Assembly: GCA_963667465.2 (NCBI GenBank)
Contig: CAXXDN010000002.1
Location: forward strand, 1,632,001 to 1,696,000
DNA: 64,000 bases
Origin: Dehalococcoidia bacterium
GTDB taxonomy: Bacteria > Chloroflexota > Dehalococcoidia > UBA2979
Direction of reading: 5' to 3'
The notes under the pieces were generated by a model. That model was given only the letters and a program-made list of their open reading frames with translations. It did no database searches and was not told the DNA's origin. Shown piece after piece: positions 20,088-29,956 of this stretch (the stretch's first letter is position 1; every line of letters starts with the position of its first letter). Made by a program: the position numbers and the translations under genes.

Positions 20088-20154
20088 ATCGAGGCTCCCG
20101 CTGCCGGGGGCCACCGCGGGTGTTCGCCCGCGACGGCCCGCTCGTCGTGCCCGA

Positions 20155-21492
20155 CTAGTTCGTGCAGGGGGCCTCCCAGTCGATGCCACCCCAGTCGAGG
20201 AAGCCGTCCACCGCGATGCCCGGGTTCACTGTGCTCAGCGGCACCGAGGCGAGCCCGTGGAAGGTAGGGCTGAAGTCGTAGCGCGGCGCCAGGGTGAAGC
20301 CGAGGGCGGACTGGTCCTCGACCGCGCCGAGGCCCTCGAGCGCCGCCAGCATCGCTGCCTGGTCGTCCGAGCCGGCGGTGTCGGCCGCGTAGCGGATCAG
20401 CATCGCGGTGTCGAAGCCGAAGGCGTACTGGTAGAGCACGCCGTTGATCTGGTCGGTCCTGGCGCTGACCGCGTCCAGCAGCTGCTGCTGGCTGGGCGAC
20501 AGACCGTCGGGCCGTCGCACGTTGATGTCCCAGGCGGTGAGGATCGTGCCGGCCGGCGTCTCCGCCTCGATGTCTGTGAAGACGAAACCCCAGTCCGTTG
20601 TGGAGGCGCTGTTCCCGCCGACCACGGGGACGTCGAAGCCGATGTTCTCCATCGCCTGGAACGCGAACAGGATGTCGGGGCCGAAGAGATCGAAGAGCAG
20701 CGCGTCGGGCCCGGAGGCCTGCAGCTTCTGCATCTGCGCGGTCATGTCCGGGGTGCCGAACGGCACGACCTCGACCGCCGTGATCTCAAGGCCGAGCTGC
20801 GGGAACGCCTCCTCCCAGGCCGCGCGATTGTCGTCCCAGTAGGGGCCCGGGCCGGTCAGCACCGCGTACTTCGTGTGCCCCAGCTGCGGCAGCAGGCAGG
20901 CGATGCTCTCGCCCTGCACGCGGGCGAGCGCCGGGAGCTCGAAGGTCCACGGGCTCACTGACGGGTCGGTGAGCGCGGCGTCACCCGAGTTGGAGAAGGA
21001 GATGATCCCCGCCTCGTTGATGAACGGAGCGACCGCCTGCATACCGATCGACTGCGGGTAGACCGCGTGGAACTGCGTGTCGCCGAGCAGCACCTCGTTG
21101 ATGATCTCCACGCCCTTCGGGATGTCCGATTGGGCGTCGAAGAGCTCGTACTCGACCTTGCGGCCGAGGATGCCGCCACTCTCGTTGATCAGGTCGACCG
21201 CGGCCTCGAAGCCGACGAGGTTCGAGGTCGCGAAGGTGCCGAAGATTCCCGTGATGTTCTTGATCACGGCAATCCGGAACGGGTTGTCCTCATCGAGGGC
21301 AGCCGGCGCCTCTGTTGCTGCCGCTGTCGGCGTGGGGGTCGCCGTCGCCGGGACAGCCGTTGGTGCGGTCGTGGGCGCCGCCGTTGCTGCCGGTGTCGCC
21401 TCGCCATCGTCGTCATCGCCGTCATCGCAGGCGACCAGCGCCATTGCGAGCAACGCGAACAGCAGCATCGCGAGCCCGAAGAACTTCTTCAC
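20155..21492 (-). CDS. Leu/Ile/Val-type ABC substrate-binding lipoprotein
   Basis: Lipobox LVAC, Ala/Thr/Pro linker, INESGGILGRKVE, D.QSD. Start after GGAGGGAG. Confidence 0.85.
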   Translation of the reverse strand: MKKFFGLAMLLFALLAMALVACDDGDDDDGEATPAATAAPTTAPTAVPATATPTPTAAATEAPAALDEDNPFRIAVIKNITGIFGTFATSNLVGFEAAVDLINESGGILGRKVEYELFDAQSDIPKGVEIINEVLLGDTQFHAVYPQSIGMQAVAPFINEAGIISFSNSGDAALTDPSVSPWTFELPALARVQGESIACLLPQLGHTKYAVLTGPGPYWDDNRAAWEEAFPQLGLEITAVEVVPFGTPDMTAQMQKLQASGPDALLFDLFGPDILFAFQAMENIGFDVPVVGGNSASTTDWGFVFTDIEAETPAGTILTAWDINVRRPDGLSPSQQQLLDAVSARTDQINGVLYQYAFGFDTAMLIRYAADTAGSDDQAAMLAALEGLGAVEDQSALGFTLAPRYDFSPTFHGLASVPLSTVNPGIAVDGFLDWGGIDWEAPCTN

Positions 21493-21592
21493 CGCACGCT
21501 CCCTCCAGATGTACGTCGTCCTGATGTCATAGGAGCCGCACGCCGAACGTGTCAATCGTTCGGCGTACCTGCCGGCGGGAACGCAACCGTTG

Positions 21593-22903
21593 CTACGTCG
21601 CGCTCTCGAGGTACGCGTCGCCGATGACCTGGCGTTCGCGCAACCCCTCGTAGCGGGCGTCGCTCACCCCGAGCAGCCCCTTCAGCACTGCCTCGTTGTG
21701 CTGGCCGAGCAGCGGGGCGGGACCGCGGATGCGAAGCGGGTGGCGCTCCAGTCTCCCGACCGGCGCGGGGTAGTGGTGCCTGCCCGCGGCGGGATGCTCC
21801 ACCTCCACCCAGAAGCCGCGCGCGAGGAGCTGTGGATCGTCGCGGAGCGCCTCGGGAGGCAGCACCTCGGCGGCCGGTATGCCCGCCGCCTGCAGCTGTT
21901 CCCGCAGCCCGCGGGCGGGGTGGCGGCGCGTCCACTCCGCGACCAGCGGCTCGAGGTCGTCCTGGTGGCGATGCCGCAAGACGGCCTCCCCGAACCGCGG
22001 GTCGGCGGCCAGCTCCGGCTGGCCCATCGCCTCGGCGAGCGCGGCGAACGCCTCGTCCGAGGGCACCGCGATGCCGATCCACTCGTCGTCGCCAGCGCAC
22101 GGGAAGAACCCGTTGGGCGCGTTGGAAGGGTGGCGGTTGCCCCATGTTCCCTGCACCCGGCGGTTCATCGAGTAGTCCATGAAGGCATAGGCGAGGTGGT
22201 GCAGCACGGCCTCGACGTGCGAGAGGTCGATCAGCTGCCCCCTGCCCGTGCGCTCCCGGGCGAACAGCGCGGCCTGGATCGCGAAGGCCAGGTGGACGCC
22301 GGCGTTCGGGTCTCCGTGTCCGCTGCCCGGCGTCCAGGAGGGGTCGCTGTCGCGGTAGCCCCGCAGGTAGGTGTGGCCGGCCGCGGCCTCCATCGTCGGC
22401 GCGTAGCCCTTGAAGTTGCGGTACGGGCCGCTGATCCCGAAGCCGGGGAACCGCCCCATCACCAGGCGCGGGTTCAGCTCGGACAGCGTCTCGAAGCCGA
22501 TCCCCAGTCGCTCCACCACATCCGCGGCGTTGTTCTCCAGGAAGACGTCCGAGATGCGCACAAGGTCATGGAACAGCTCAAGGCCCTCCGGGTCCGTCAG
22601 GTTGAGCGTGACGCTCCTGTGGCCGCGCTTGCCGTAGTTGAAGTTGGCGTTGCGGTTCCAGAAGCCCTCGCTCGCATCGCGATCGACGAACAGCGCCCCG
22701 GTCGGCCCCTCCATCAGCTCGGGCGCGATGTGGCGGGCGGGCATGCGGGTGCGGTTCATGTGCTGGATCGACTCGATCTCGATCACGTCCGCCCCGAGGT
22801 CGGCGAGGTGCAGCGTCGCCGAGGGGCCCGCCCAGACCGTCGCGTTCGAGAGCACGCGGACGCCCTCGAGCGGCAGGCCGGCGGCGGGGGTGGGGTCGGT
22901 CAC
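21593..22903 (-). CDS. CaiB/BaiF class III CoA-transferase
   Basis: WAGP, LADLGADVI, KRGHRSVTLNL, GDPNAG, APLLGQH. Confidence 0.9.
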   Translation of the reverse strand: MTDPTPAAGLPLEGVRVLSNATVWAGPSATLHLADLGADVIEIESIQHMNRTRMPARHIAPELMEGPTGALFVDRDASEGFWNRNANFNYGKRGHRSVTLNLTDPEGLELFHDLVRISDVFLENNAADVVERLGIGFETLSELNPRLVMGRFPGFGISGPYRNFKGYAPTMEAAAGHTYLRGYRDSDPSWTPGSGHGDPNAGVHLAFAIQAALFARERTGRGQLIDLSHVEAVLHHLAYAFMDYSMNRRVQGTWGNRHPSNAPNGFFPCAGDDEWIGIAVPSDEAFAALAEAMGQPELAADPRFGEAVLRHRHQDDLEPLVAEWTRRHPARGLREQLQAAGIPAAEVLPPEALRDDPQLLARGFWVEVEHPAAGRHHYPAPVGRLERHPLRIRGPAPLLGQHNEAVLKGLLGVSDARYEGLRERQVIGDAYLESAT

Positions 22904-22905
22904 GG

Positions 22906-24135
22906 CTACACCACCCCTCGCTGCCGCAGAACCACGGCCTCCTGCGGGGAGTAGCCGAGCCTGCCGGTCAGCACCTCGCTGGTGTGTTCGCCGAGCAGCG
23001 GCGCCCGCCGGATGCTCGCGGGTGTCTCCGAGAGCTTGAACGGCGGCCCGGGGTACTCGAGGCGTCCCGCCTCCGGGTGGTCGAGCGGCGTGAAGTACGC
23101 GCGCTCTCGCAGCTGCGGGTCGTCGAAGATGTCCGCCATCGTGTGCAGCGCGGCGACCGGGACGCCGTGCGACTGCGCCTGCTGCATCACCTCCGCCTTC
23201 GTGCGCTCCAGCACCCAGGGGAGGAACAGCGCATCGATCTCCGGACCGAACTCGGGATCCTGGAGGCGCTCGACGTACGAGGCGTCGTCAATGAGGTCGG
23301 GCCGCCCGATCATCCGGCAGAAGCGGTCCCACCAGTGCGGGTAGCACATGATGGTGATGTAGCCGTCCTTGCAGGGCAGCTGCCCACCGTAGACGCCTCC
23401 GGGGAACGCGCTCGCGCGGTGGTGCGCCTCGATCGTACGGTGCGCCGCCCCGCTGTACTCAAGGGACATCAGGTTCTGCGCAGCGCGGTCCATGCTGGTG
23501 GCGAGCACCTCGTGGATCGAGAGGTCCACCCGCTCACCGGCTCCTGAGCGCCGCGCCGCCATGAAGGCCCCGAACGCGATCGTGGCGGCCGTGGCGCCCG
23601 CGTAGAACAGGGGGGCGTAGAGCCCCAGCTTGTTCGGCTCGCGCCCCGGCACGCCGGTCACCGCCTGCCCGCCGCTCAGCGCGTAGACGAGCATGTCGTC
23701 GGCCTCGAGGTCGCGGTAGGGGCCGGACTGCCCGAAGTTGCTGATCGAGACCAGGGTCGCCGCCGGGTTGGCGTCGTCCAGCGCCGCCGAGTCCAGCCCG
23801 AGGCGCGCGAGCGTGCCCGGCCGGAAGCTCTCGACGACGAGATCGGCCTCGCGGGCGAGGTGTCTCAGGATGCGCTGGCCCGTCTCCGCCTTGAGGTTGA
23901 GCGTGAGGCTCCGCTTCCCGGTGTTGAGATCGAGGAAGAGCCCGGATCGCTCCGGGTGCGGCACGTCGTCCGGAAACGGTCCCGCGCGCCGCGAGGGGTC
24001 GCCGCTCCCCGGGCGCTCGACCTTCAGGACGTCGGCCCCGTAGTCGGAGAACAGCTTCGTGCAGTAGGGACCGGCGATCCCCTGCGTCAGATCGAGGATC
24101 GCGATTCCCGCCAGCGCGCCGCCTGGATCCGCCAT
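22906..24135 (-). CDS. CaiB/BaiF class III CoA-transferase (possibly a non-catalytic subunit)
   Basis: IAGPYCTK, NTGKRSLTLNL, FGQSGPY, APLLGEH. Confidence 0.88.
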   Translation of the reverse strand: MADPGGALAGIAILDLTQGIAGPYCTKLFSDYGADVLKVERPGSGDPSRRAGPFPDDVPHPERSGLFLDLNTGKRSLTLNLKAETGQRILRHLAREADLVVESFRPGTLARLGLDSAALDDANPAATLVSISNFGQSGPYRDLEADDMLVYALSGGQAVTGVPGREPNKLGLYAPLFYAGATAATIAFGAFMAARRSGAGERVDLSIHEVLATSMDRAAQNLMSLEYSGAAHRTIEAHHRASAFPGGVYGGQLPCKDGYITIMCYPHWWDRFCRMIGRPDLIDDASYVERLQDPEFGPEIDALFLPWVLERTKAEVMQQAQSHGVPVAALHTMADIFDDPQLRERAYFTPLDHPEAGRLEYPGPPFKLSETPASIRRAPLLGEHTSEVLTGRLGYSPQEAVVLRQRGVV

Positions 24136-24153
24136 CGGTCGTGCAGGCGCCGG

Positions 24154-25251
24154 CTAGGCGGGATAGACGAGGCTGCGCGCGACCTCGCCGCGCTCGAGCG
24201 CTCCGATCGCCTGGTTCACCTCGTCGAGGGCGAACGTGCGCGAGACGAGCTCGTCCAGCTTCAGCTTGCCAGCCATGTAGAGGTTGATGACGCGGGGGAT
24301 GTCGGCCCGTGGCTGCGCGCCCTCGAAGCCGGCCATCTGGAGGTGCTGACGCCGCCCCATGACCTCGTACCAGGGCAGGCGCAGCTCCGTGTCGATCGGC
24401 AGCACGCCGATCACGTAGGTGTGTCCGCCGGGGGCGACGCTGCGCATTGCCTGCAGCACCACCGCGGGCGAGCCGATTACCTCGAAGGCATGGTCGACGC
24501 CGCCCCTCGTGATCTCGCGGATCTGCTCCACCGGATCGCCGTCCGAGGCGTTCACGACGTGCGTGGCCCCGAACTCCTCAGCAAGCCGCAGCTTCGAGTC
24601 GAGGAGGTCGACGGCGACGATCAGCTCGGCGCCCGCGAGCGCCGAGGCCTGGACCACGTTGAGCCCGACGCCGCCGCAGCCGAAGACCGCGACGCGTTCG
24701 CCCGTACGAACCTGCGCGTCATTGGTCACCGCCGCCACGCCGGTGGTCACCCCGCAGCCGACGAGCGCGGCCATGTCGAGCGGCGCGTCCTTGCGGATCG
24801 GGATCGCGCCGCTCGCAGGCGCGACGGCGTACTCGGCGAACGACGAGACGAAGGAGTGGTGGCTGCGCGGCTCGCCCCCCTTCGAGAGCCGCGTCGTGCC
24901 GTCGAGCAGCGTCCCGAGCGGGCGAGCCTGCGCCGAGATCTCGCAGAGGCTGGTCTTGCCGCGAGCACAAACCTCGCAGTGCCCGCAGTACGGCCCGATG
25001 CTGAGGACCACGTGGTCGCCGACCGCCAGTCCCGACACACCCGGCCCGAGGGCCTCGACGACGCCGGCGCCCTCGTGCCCCATCACCATCGGGAGCGGCG
25101 AGGGAAAGTCGCCGTGGATGCGGTGCAGGTCGCTGTGGCAGACGCCGCTGGCGGCGATCTTGACCAGCACCTCGTTCTCACCCGGGTCGGCGACGTCCAC
25201 ATCCTCGATCACGAGTGGCTCTCTGACCTGGTGCAGGACCGCTGCCCTCAT
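24154..25251 (-). CDS. Zn-dependent alcohol dehydrogenase
   Basis: GVCHSD, GHEGAG, CGHCEVC....LC, GCGGVG. Confidence 0.92.
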   Translation of the reverse strand: MRAAVLHQVREPLVIEDVDVADPGENEVLVKIAASGVCHSDLHRIHGDFPSPLPMVMGHEGAGVVEALGPGVSGLAVGDHVVLSIGPYCGHCEVCARGKTSLCEISAQARPLGTLLDGTTRLSKGGEPRSHHSFVSSFAEYAVAPASGAIPIRKDAPLDMAALVGCGVTTGVAAVTNDAQVRTGERVAVFGCGGVGLNVVQASALAGAELIVAVDLLDSKLRLAEEFGATHVVNASDGDPVEQIREITRGGVDHAFEVIGSPAVVLQAMRSVAPGGHTYVIGVLPIDTELRLPWYEVMGRRQHLQMAGFEGAQPRADIPRVINLYMAGKLKLDELVSRTFALDEVNQAIGALERGEVARSLVYPA

Positions 25252-25294
25252 CGTCGTGCCTCCCTGTCCACCAGGGCGAGTGCGGTGACTCGCG

Positions 25295-26188
25295 CTACTC
25301 CAGTGCCTCGCGGAAGGCCCGGATCGCCTCGATGTGTTGTGCGGGACTGCGCCCGGCCTCGCCCGAGTCGTACGACGCGTCTCCCTGCGTATCGATCGAG
25401 CAGTGCGTCGCTCCGGCCTCACGGTAACGCCTCGCCTGCACCAGTTGCTCCTCGAGCGTCCCGGCGCGGACGCGCAGCAGCAGGGCGATCGCGGCCGGAT
25501 CGCGGCCGGCGGCCCGCGCAGCGACGCCGATGCGCTCGCGCCGGCGCTCCACGTCCGGCAGGGCCTGGTCGAGGTCGTCCGAGAGCAGCCGCGGCGACCA
25601 CCCGTCGCCGAGGCGTCCGATGCGCTCGAGGACCCGCCCGGCCATCCCGCCCATCCAGATCGGGATCGCCCGCGCCGGGCGAGGGTTGATTCCCGCGTCG
25701 CGCACCTGGTCGAAGCGCCCCTCGAACGTGAGCAGCGGCTGCTCCCAGAGGTCGCGCAGCAGCCTGACCTGCTCGTCGAGGCGGCGTCCCCGTGTGCGGA
25801 AGTCCTCGCCCAGCGCCTCGTACTCGACGTGGTTCCAGCCGTTCCCCACGCCGAGGACCAGCCGCCCGCCCGAGAGCAGGTCGATCTCCGCCGCCTGCTT
25901 CGCCACCAGCGCCGTCTGCCGCTGGGGCAGGATGAGCACGTTTGTGATCAGCCGCAGCCGCGTGGTCACCGCCGCGAGGAAGCCGAACAGCACCAGCGGC
26001 TCGTGGATCGCCGCCTGGTGGCCGTAGGGCCCGGGCAGGTCCGGGTAGCGGCGGCGATCGGCGCCGAGCACATGGTCCGCGGTCACGAGGAAGTCGTAGC
26101 CGAGCTCCTCGGCGGCCTGCGCGTAGTCGCGAACCACGGCCGGATCCGTGCCGATCTCGCGCTCGGGAAGCACAACGCCGAGTTGCAT
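25295..26188 (-). CDS. LLM-class putative F420-dependent oxidoreductase (Rv2161c-like)
   Basis: AEELGYD...ADHV, LPQRQTALVAKQAAEIDLLSGGR, GVGNGWN..EY. Confidence 0.88.
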   Translation of the reverse strand: MQLGVVLPEREIGTDPAVVRDYAQAAEELGYDFLVTADHVLGADRRRYPDLPGPYGHQAAIHEPLVLFGFLAAVTTRLRLITNVLILPQRQTALVAKQAAEIDLLSGGRLVLGVGNGWNHVEYEALGEDFRTRGRRLDEQVRLLRDLWEQPLLTFEGRFDQVRDAGINPRPARAIPIWMGGMAGRVLERIGRLGDGWSPRLLSDDLDQALPDVERRRERIGVAARAAGRDPAAIALLLRVRAGTLEEQLVQARRYREAGATHCSIDTQGDASYDSGEAGRSPAQHIEAIRAFREALE

Positions 26189-26289
26189 GCGCTGGTCCTG
26201 ACTCCCCGGAGGCGCCCTTGCGGGTCCGCTGCCCTCGCTCACGGGCGCCCGGCGGTCGCGTATCATACGCGCGGTTCGGGGAGGGACGC

Positions 26290-26637
26290 ATGGCCAGGTA
26301 CGTGTTCGTGGTCCTGTCGAATTCGGTGAGTGACGACGTGGATGACGAGTTCAACGAGTGGTACTCGGACATCCACGTCCCGGATTTCCTGCAGTTCGAC
26401 TCAGTACTGTCCGCGCGCCGCTTCACGCGCTCGGAGCACCAGTTCCTGCCCGGCGACGACGCCCTCGGCCGCCGCTACCTCGCGATCTACGAGGTGGAGA
26501 CGGACGACCCGGCCGCGCTCTTCGAGGAGGTCCACGCTGCCCGGGTCGACGGGCGAATCAGGCCGACGGAGACGATCCAGCGCGACCCCCCGCCCATCAC
26601 CATGCTGTTCGAGCAGACCGAGGGCCCGGTCTCCTGA
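26290..26637 (+). CDS. EthD/DUF4286-like dimeric alpha-beta barrel protein
   Basis: EFNEWYSDIHVPD, SARRF, YLAIYE. Confidence 0.7.
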   Translation: MARYVFVVLSNSVSDDVDDEFNEWYSDIHVPDFLQFDSVLSARRFTRSEHQFLPGDDALGRRYLAIYEVETDDPAALFEEVHAARVDGRIRPTETIQRDPPPITMLFEQTEGPVS

Positions 26638-26685
26638 CGACGGTCGATCCCGTTCGGCAGGCCTTGTAGCCCGGGGAGTACCCGC

Positions 26686-27828
26686 GTGCGAGTCGGCGTC
26701 TCACTCTTCACGCAAAACCACGGCGACTGGGACCGCTTCGAGGGCCGCGACGGCAGCCAGCAGCAGCCGTCCCCGGACCAGGCGACCTACGACGACGAGC
26801 TGGCGCTCGCCGAGCAGATCGAGCCGCTCGGCTACGACTCGATCTGGGCGGTCGAGCACCACTTCTCGCCGCTCAACCTGACGCCGAGTCCCCTCCTTTT
26901 CCTCGCGAACCTCGCTGGCCGCACGCGCCGCGTCGACATCGGGACGATGGTGATCGTGCTGCCCTGGCACGACCCGCTGCGCGTCGCCGAGGAGATCGCG
27001 ATGGTCGACAACCTGCTGCAGGGCCGCCGCCTCTTCGTCGGCATCGGGCGGGGCGCGGCGCGACGCGAATTCGATCCGCGGGGGATCCCGATGGGCGAGT
27101 CCCGCGCGCGCTTCCTCGAGGGCCTCGAGATCCTGCGCCGGGCGCTCACGCAGGAGCGCTTCTCCTACGAGGGCGAGCACTACTCGGTCGCCGAGACCTC
27201 GCTGCGGCCGCGTCCACGCAGCACGGACCTGACCGAGCGCTTCATGGTCGCGGGGAACAGCGCCGAGACACTCGAGATCGCCGGGCGCGAGGGGCTCGGA
27301 TTGCTGCTGCTCAACCACAAACCGTGGGAGGACTACGGCGACGAGGTCGGCCGCTACAACGCCGCGCGCGCGGTGCACGGCTATCCCCCCGGGCAGCCCA
27401 CCGTCGTCGTCAACGCCGTCTGCGCGGAGACCGAGGAGGAGGCGTGGGCCGGGCTGCTGCGCTACTTCGGCGAGATGAAGGACGGCACCAACCGCCACTA
27501 CGAGTGGGACGAGCCGACCCACTTCCTCGAGGCGACCGGATACGAGCACTACGCCCAGGCGGCCGAGCGGCGCCTCAACTCGACGCCGGAGCAACTCGCC
27601 CGCGAGAGCGCGCTGACGCAGGTCTGGGGCACGCCCGAGCAGTGCCTCGAGCGGTTGCGCTACATCCAGGGTATGACCGGCGCGCGCGAGTTCGTGATCG
27701 TCTTCAAGTACGGCACGATGCCCTACACGGTCGCTGAGCGCAGCATGCGGCTCTTCGCGGACGGCGCCCTGCCCGCGCTGCACGCCCTCGACGCCTCGCC
27801 CGCGGCCACGGCCGGAAGCGCGCCCTGA
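26686..27828 (+). CDS. LLM-class flavin-dependent oxidoreductase
   Basis: LGYDSIWAVEHHF, HDPLRVAEEIAMVDNL, GIGRG, GTPEQC. Confidence 0.9.
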   Translation: MRVGVSLFTQNHGDWDRFEGRDGSQQQPSPDQATYDDELALAEQIEPLGYDSIWAVEHHFSPLNLTPSPLLFLANLAGRTRRVDIGTMVIVLPWHDPLRVAEEIAMVDNLLQGRRLFVGIGRGAARREFDPRGIPMGESRARFLEGLEILRRALTQERFSYEGEHYSVAETSLRPRPRSTDLTERFMVAGNSAETLEIAGREGLGLLLLNHKPWEDYGDEVGRYNAARAVHGYPPGQPTVVVNAVCAETEEEAWAGLLRYFGEMKDGTNRHYEWDEPTHFLEATGYEHYAQAAERRLNSTPEQLARESALTQVWGTPEQCLERLRYIQGMTGAREFVIVFKYGTMPYTVAERSMRLFADGALPALHALDASPAATAGSAP

Positions 27829-28032
27829 CTCCCGCTTCGCCAGTCGGTGCAGCCCGCCTGTTCGCGAGCGAGCTGCAAGCCGCGTCGCGCTTCCCGGCTA
27901 CCCGTTCCAGCACCGCCGCTACTGGCTGGATCCGGACCGCCGAGGGTAGCCCCGCCGTCCGGCGAACCCGGGTGGCGCGATCAGGCAGCGGCGCAAGCGG
28001 ACGCCGTGCGGCCGTCGGGCGGCCCGGCCGTG

Positions 28033-28761
28033 CTAGCGATCGCCCGCCCGGGATGAGCCCTGCAGCGCGGCGAAGTGGCGCTCTACCCGGCCTGTCAGCA
28101 GCATCAGGGCGATCGCGATCAGCCACAGCACGAAGGCGACACCGCTGATCCGGTGCACGATCGTTGCGGCATCCACCCAGATGAACTGCATCGCGATCCC
28201 GAGCGCCAGCGAACCCGGTGCAAAGCGCCGGATCGCGCCGCCGGCCTTCCACTGTCGCTGCGCCACCGCCAGCAGCGCCAACCCCGCGGCCGCGAACCCT
28301 AGCGTGCCCGTGACCCAGCGGACGCCCGCGACCGCCTCGGTCGAGGCGTCCACGGCGCTGAGGGCCGCCGCCGCCGACGCGGCCGGCGCGGACGCAGCCA
28401 GCGCAAGGGCGCACACGCCGGATACGGCGGTGAAGGCGCCGGAGACGGCGAGGAGGGGCACGCTGGGCGAGCCGAATCGTTCTCGAACAACCCAGGTTCT
28501 CCAGAGGAACCATGCTCCCACGATCAACGTGAGCCCGGAGCCGAGACGCGCGGCGCCGCTCAGGCTGTACATGGCCTTGTTGGCGGCGATTGCGCGGATG
28601 GATTCCAGCAGGTCGGGTCGGTCGGCATCCGCGGAGACGCGCGCGAAGACCATCACCATTGTGGCAGCCGCCGTGAGCAGCAGCAGCAGGCCCGCCCCGC
28701 GAATAGCGGGGTCCCGGGGCCGGCCCGCCGTGGTTGTCGCTGGTTGCCCTGCTCTACCCAT
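28033..28761 (-). CDS. integral membrane protein (DUF4386-like)
   Basis: About six hydrophobic helices. Start chosen at ATG 28761, downstream of the neighbouring gene's stop. Confidence 0.55.
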   Translation of the reverse strand: MGRAGQPATTTAGRPRDPAIRGAGLLLLLTAAATMVMVFARVSADADRPDLLESIRAIAANKAMYSLSGAARLGSGLTLIVGAWFLWRTWVVRERFGSPSVPLLAVSGAFTAVSGVCALALAASAPAASAAAALSAVDASTEAVAGVRWVTGTLGFAAAGLALLAVAQRQWKAGGAIRRFAPGSLALGIAMQFIWVDAATIVHRISGVAFVLWLIAIALMLLTGRVERHFAALQGSSRAGDR

Positions 28762-28808
28762 CTCTCGTGTCGCCTCAATCCTCGCCCCGATGCCTCGGCC
28801 GAGTCCGC

Positions 28809-29840
28809 CTACGGCAGCACACCGGCCGTGCGCAGCAGGCGCAGCGTACCTTCGAGGTCCGCGAGGTCGCTGAGGTCGATGTCCGGCGGCTGCAGCTCGG
28901 CGATGGGCGTGAGCTGCGGCGCACTCGGCACGCCCGCGATCAGCGGGTACTCGGAGTTCGTCTCGGCGTAGTAGCGCTGCGCCTCCTCGCCGAGCATGAA
29001 CTCGAGGAACTCGCGCGCCTCGCCGGTGCGCTCCGAGGTTCGCAGAACACCGGCGCCCGTCACGTTGACGAGCGTGCCGATGTCGCCGGGGCCGGTGTGG
29101 TAGTTGCGCGCGGGGAAGCCCTCGCCCTCCTCCGCAAGGAAGCGGAGCAGATAGTAGTGGTTGACGAGGCCGACATCGATCTCGCCACGGCCGACGGCGG
29201 CGACGATCGAGGTGTTGTTCGGGTACTCGGCCGCGTCGTTCGCCTTCATGCCCTCCAGCCAGGCGCGCGCAGCCTCCTCGCCCTCGCCGACGTGGAGCGC
29301 GGTGGCCCACGCCTGGAACGAGCCGTTGGCGGGCGCCCAGGCAACGCGCCCGCGCCACTTCGGGTCCGTCAACCCGAAGATCGAGGTCGGTAGCTCTGAG
29401 GGATCGAGGGCCTCCGTGTTGTAGACCAGCACGCGCGCGCGGCCGGAGAGCCCGACCCACTGCCCCTCGCGCGAGCGGTAGGCCGAGGGCACGAGCGCAA
29501 GCACATCGTCGTCGAGGTCGGCGAAGAGTCCTGCCGCCTGGACCGCGCCGAGCGCGCCCGCGTCCTGCGCGATGTAGATGTCGGCCGGGCTGCGCTCGCC
29601 TTCCTCGATCAACAGCGCGGCGAGCTGGGCGGTGCCTCCGTAGCGCACCTTGACGTTGATGCCGGTCTCCTCGGCGAAGCGTTCGAGCAGCGGCCCGATC
29701 AGGTCCCGGCTGCGGCCGGAGTAGACCGTGAGCTGCCGTTCGTCATCCCCACCACAGCCGGCTGTAAGCAACGCCGCCACAGTGGCGACCGCAAGCATCC
29801 CAATCGGCAGCAGCAGCCGGACAATCCGTTGTGACGTCAC
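28809..29840 (-). CDS. Fe(III) ABC transporter substrate-binding lipoprotein (FbpA/SfuA-like)
   Basis: Lipobox TAGC, LTVYSGR, EGERSPAD, GLSGRARV, WAPANGSFQ, VNHYY. No cognate permease adjacent. Confidence 0.88.
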   Translation of the reverse strand: MTSQRIVRLLLPIGMLAVATVAALLTAGCGGDDERQLTVYSGRSRDLIGPLLERFAEETGINVKVRYGGTAQLAALLIEEGERSPADIYIAQDAGALGAVQAAGLFADLDDDVLALVPSAYRSREGQWVGLSGRARVLVYNTEALDPSELPTSIFGLTDPKWRGRVAWAPANGSFQAWATALHVGEGEEAARAWLEGMKANDAAEYPNNTSIVAAVGRGEIDVGLVNHYYLLRFLAEEGEGFPARNYHTGPGDIGTLVNVTGAGVLRTSERTGEAREFLEFMLGEEAQRYYAETNSEYPLIAGVPSAPQLTPIAELQPPDIDLSDLADLEGTLRLLRTAGVLP

Positions 29841-29906
29841 CGCTACCCCTCCCCCCAGAATTCGTCCAGGCCAATCAGAATTGGACGTTTATACTTTTAC
29901 CTGATA

Positions 29907-29925
29907 TTAGGTTAGGCTGCATTTC
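29907..29925. promoter_or_regulatory. DtxR/IdeR-like iron box
   Basis: TTAGGTTAGGCTGCATTTC matches 13/19 of the IdeR consensus TTAGGTTAGGCTAACCTAA. It lies in an AT-rich patch about 70 bp upstream of the Fe-binding protein gene. Confidence 0.55.
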
Positions 29926-29956
29926 GGTCACAGTCTACGGCATCACATGGACACAG

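Noticed and set aside
123-29460. Many long alternative-frame and antisense ORFs (e.g. 580-2409, 6002-8200, 9394-11583, 23860-25689)
   Set aside because: Arg/Ala/Pro-rich shadow ORFs expected at high GC, overlapping clearly recognisable genes.
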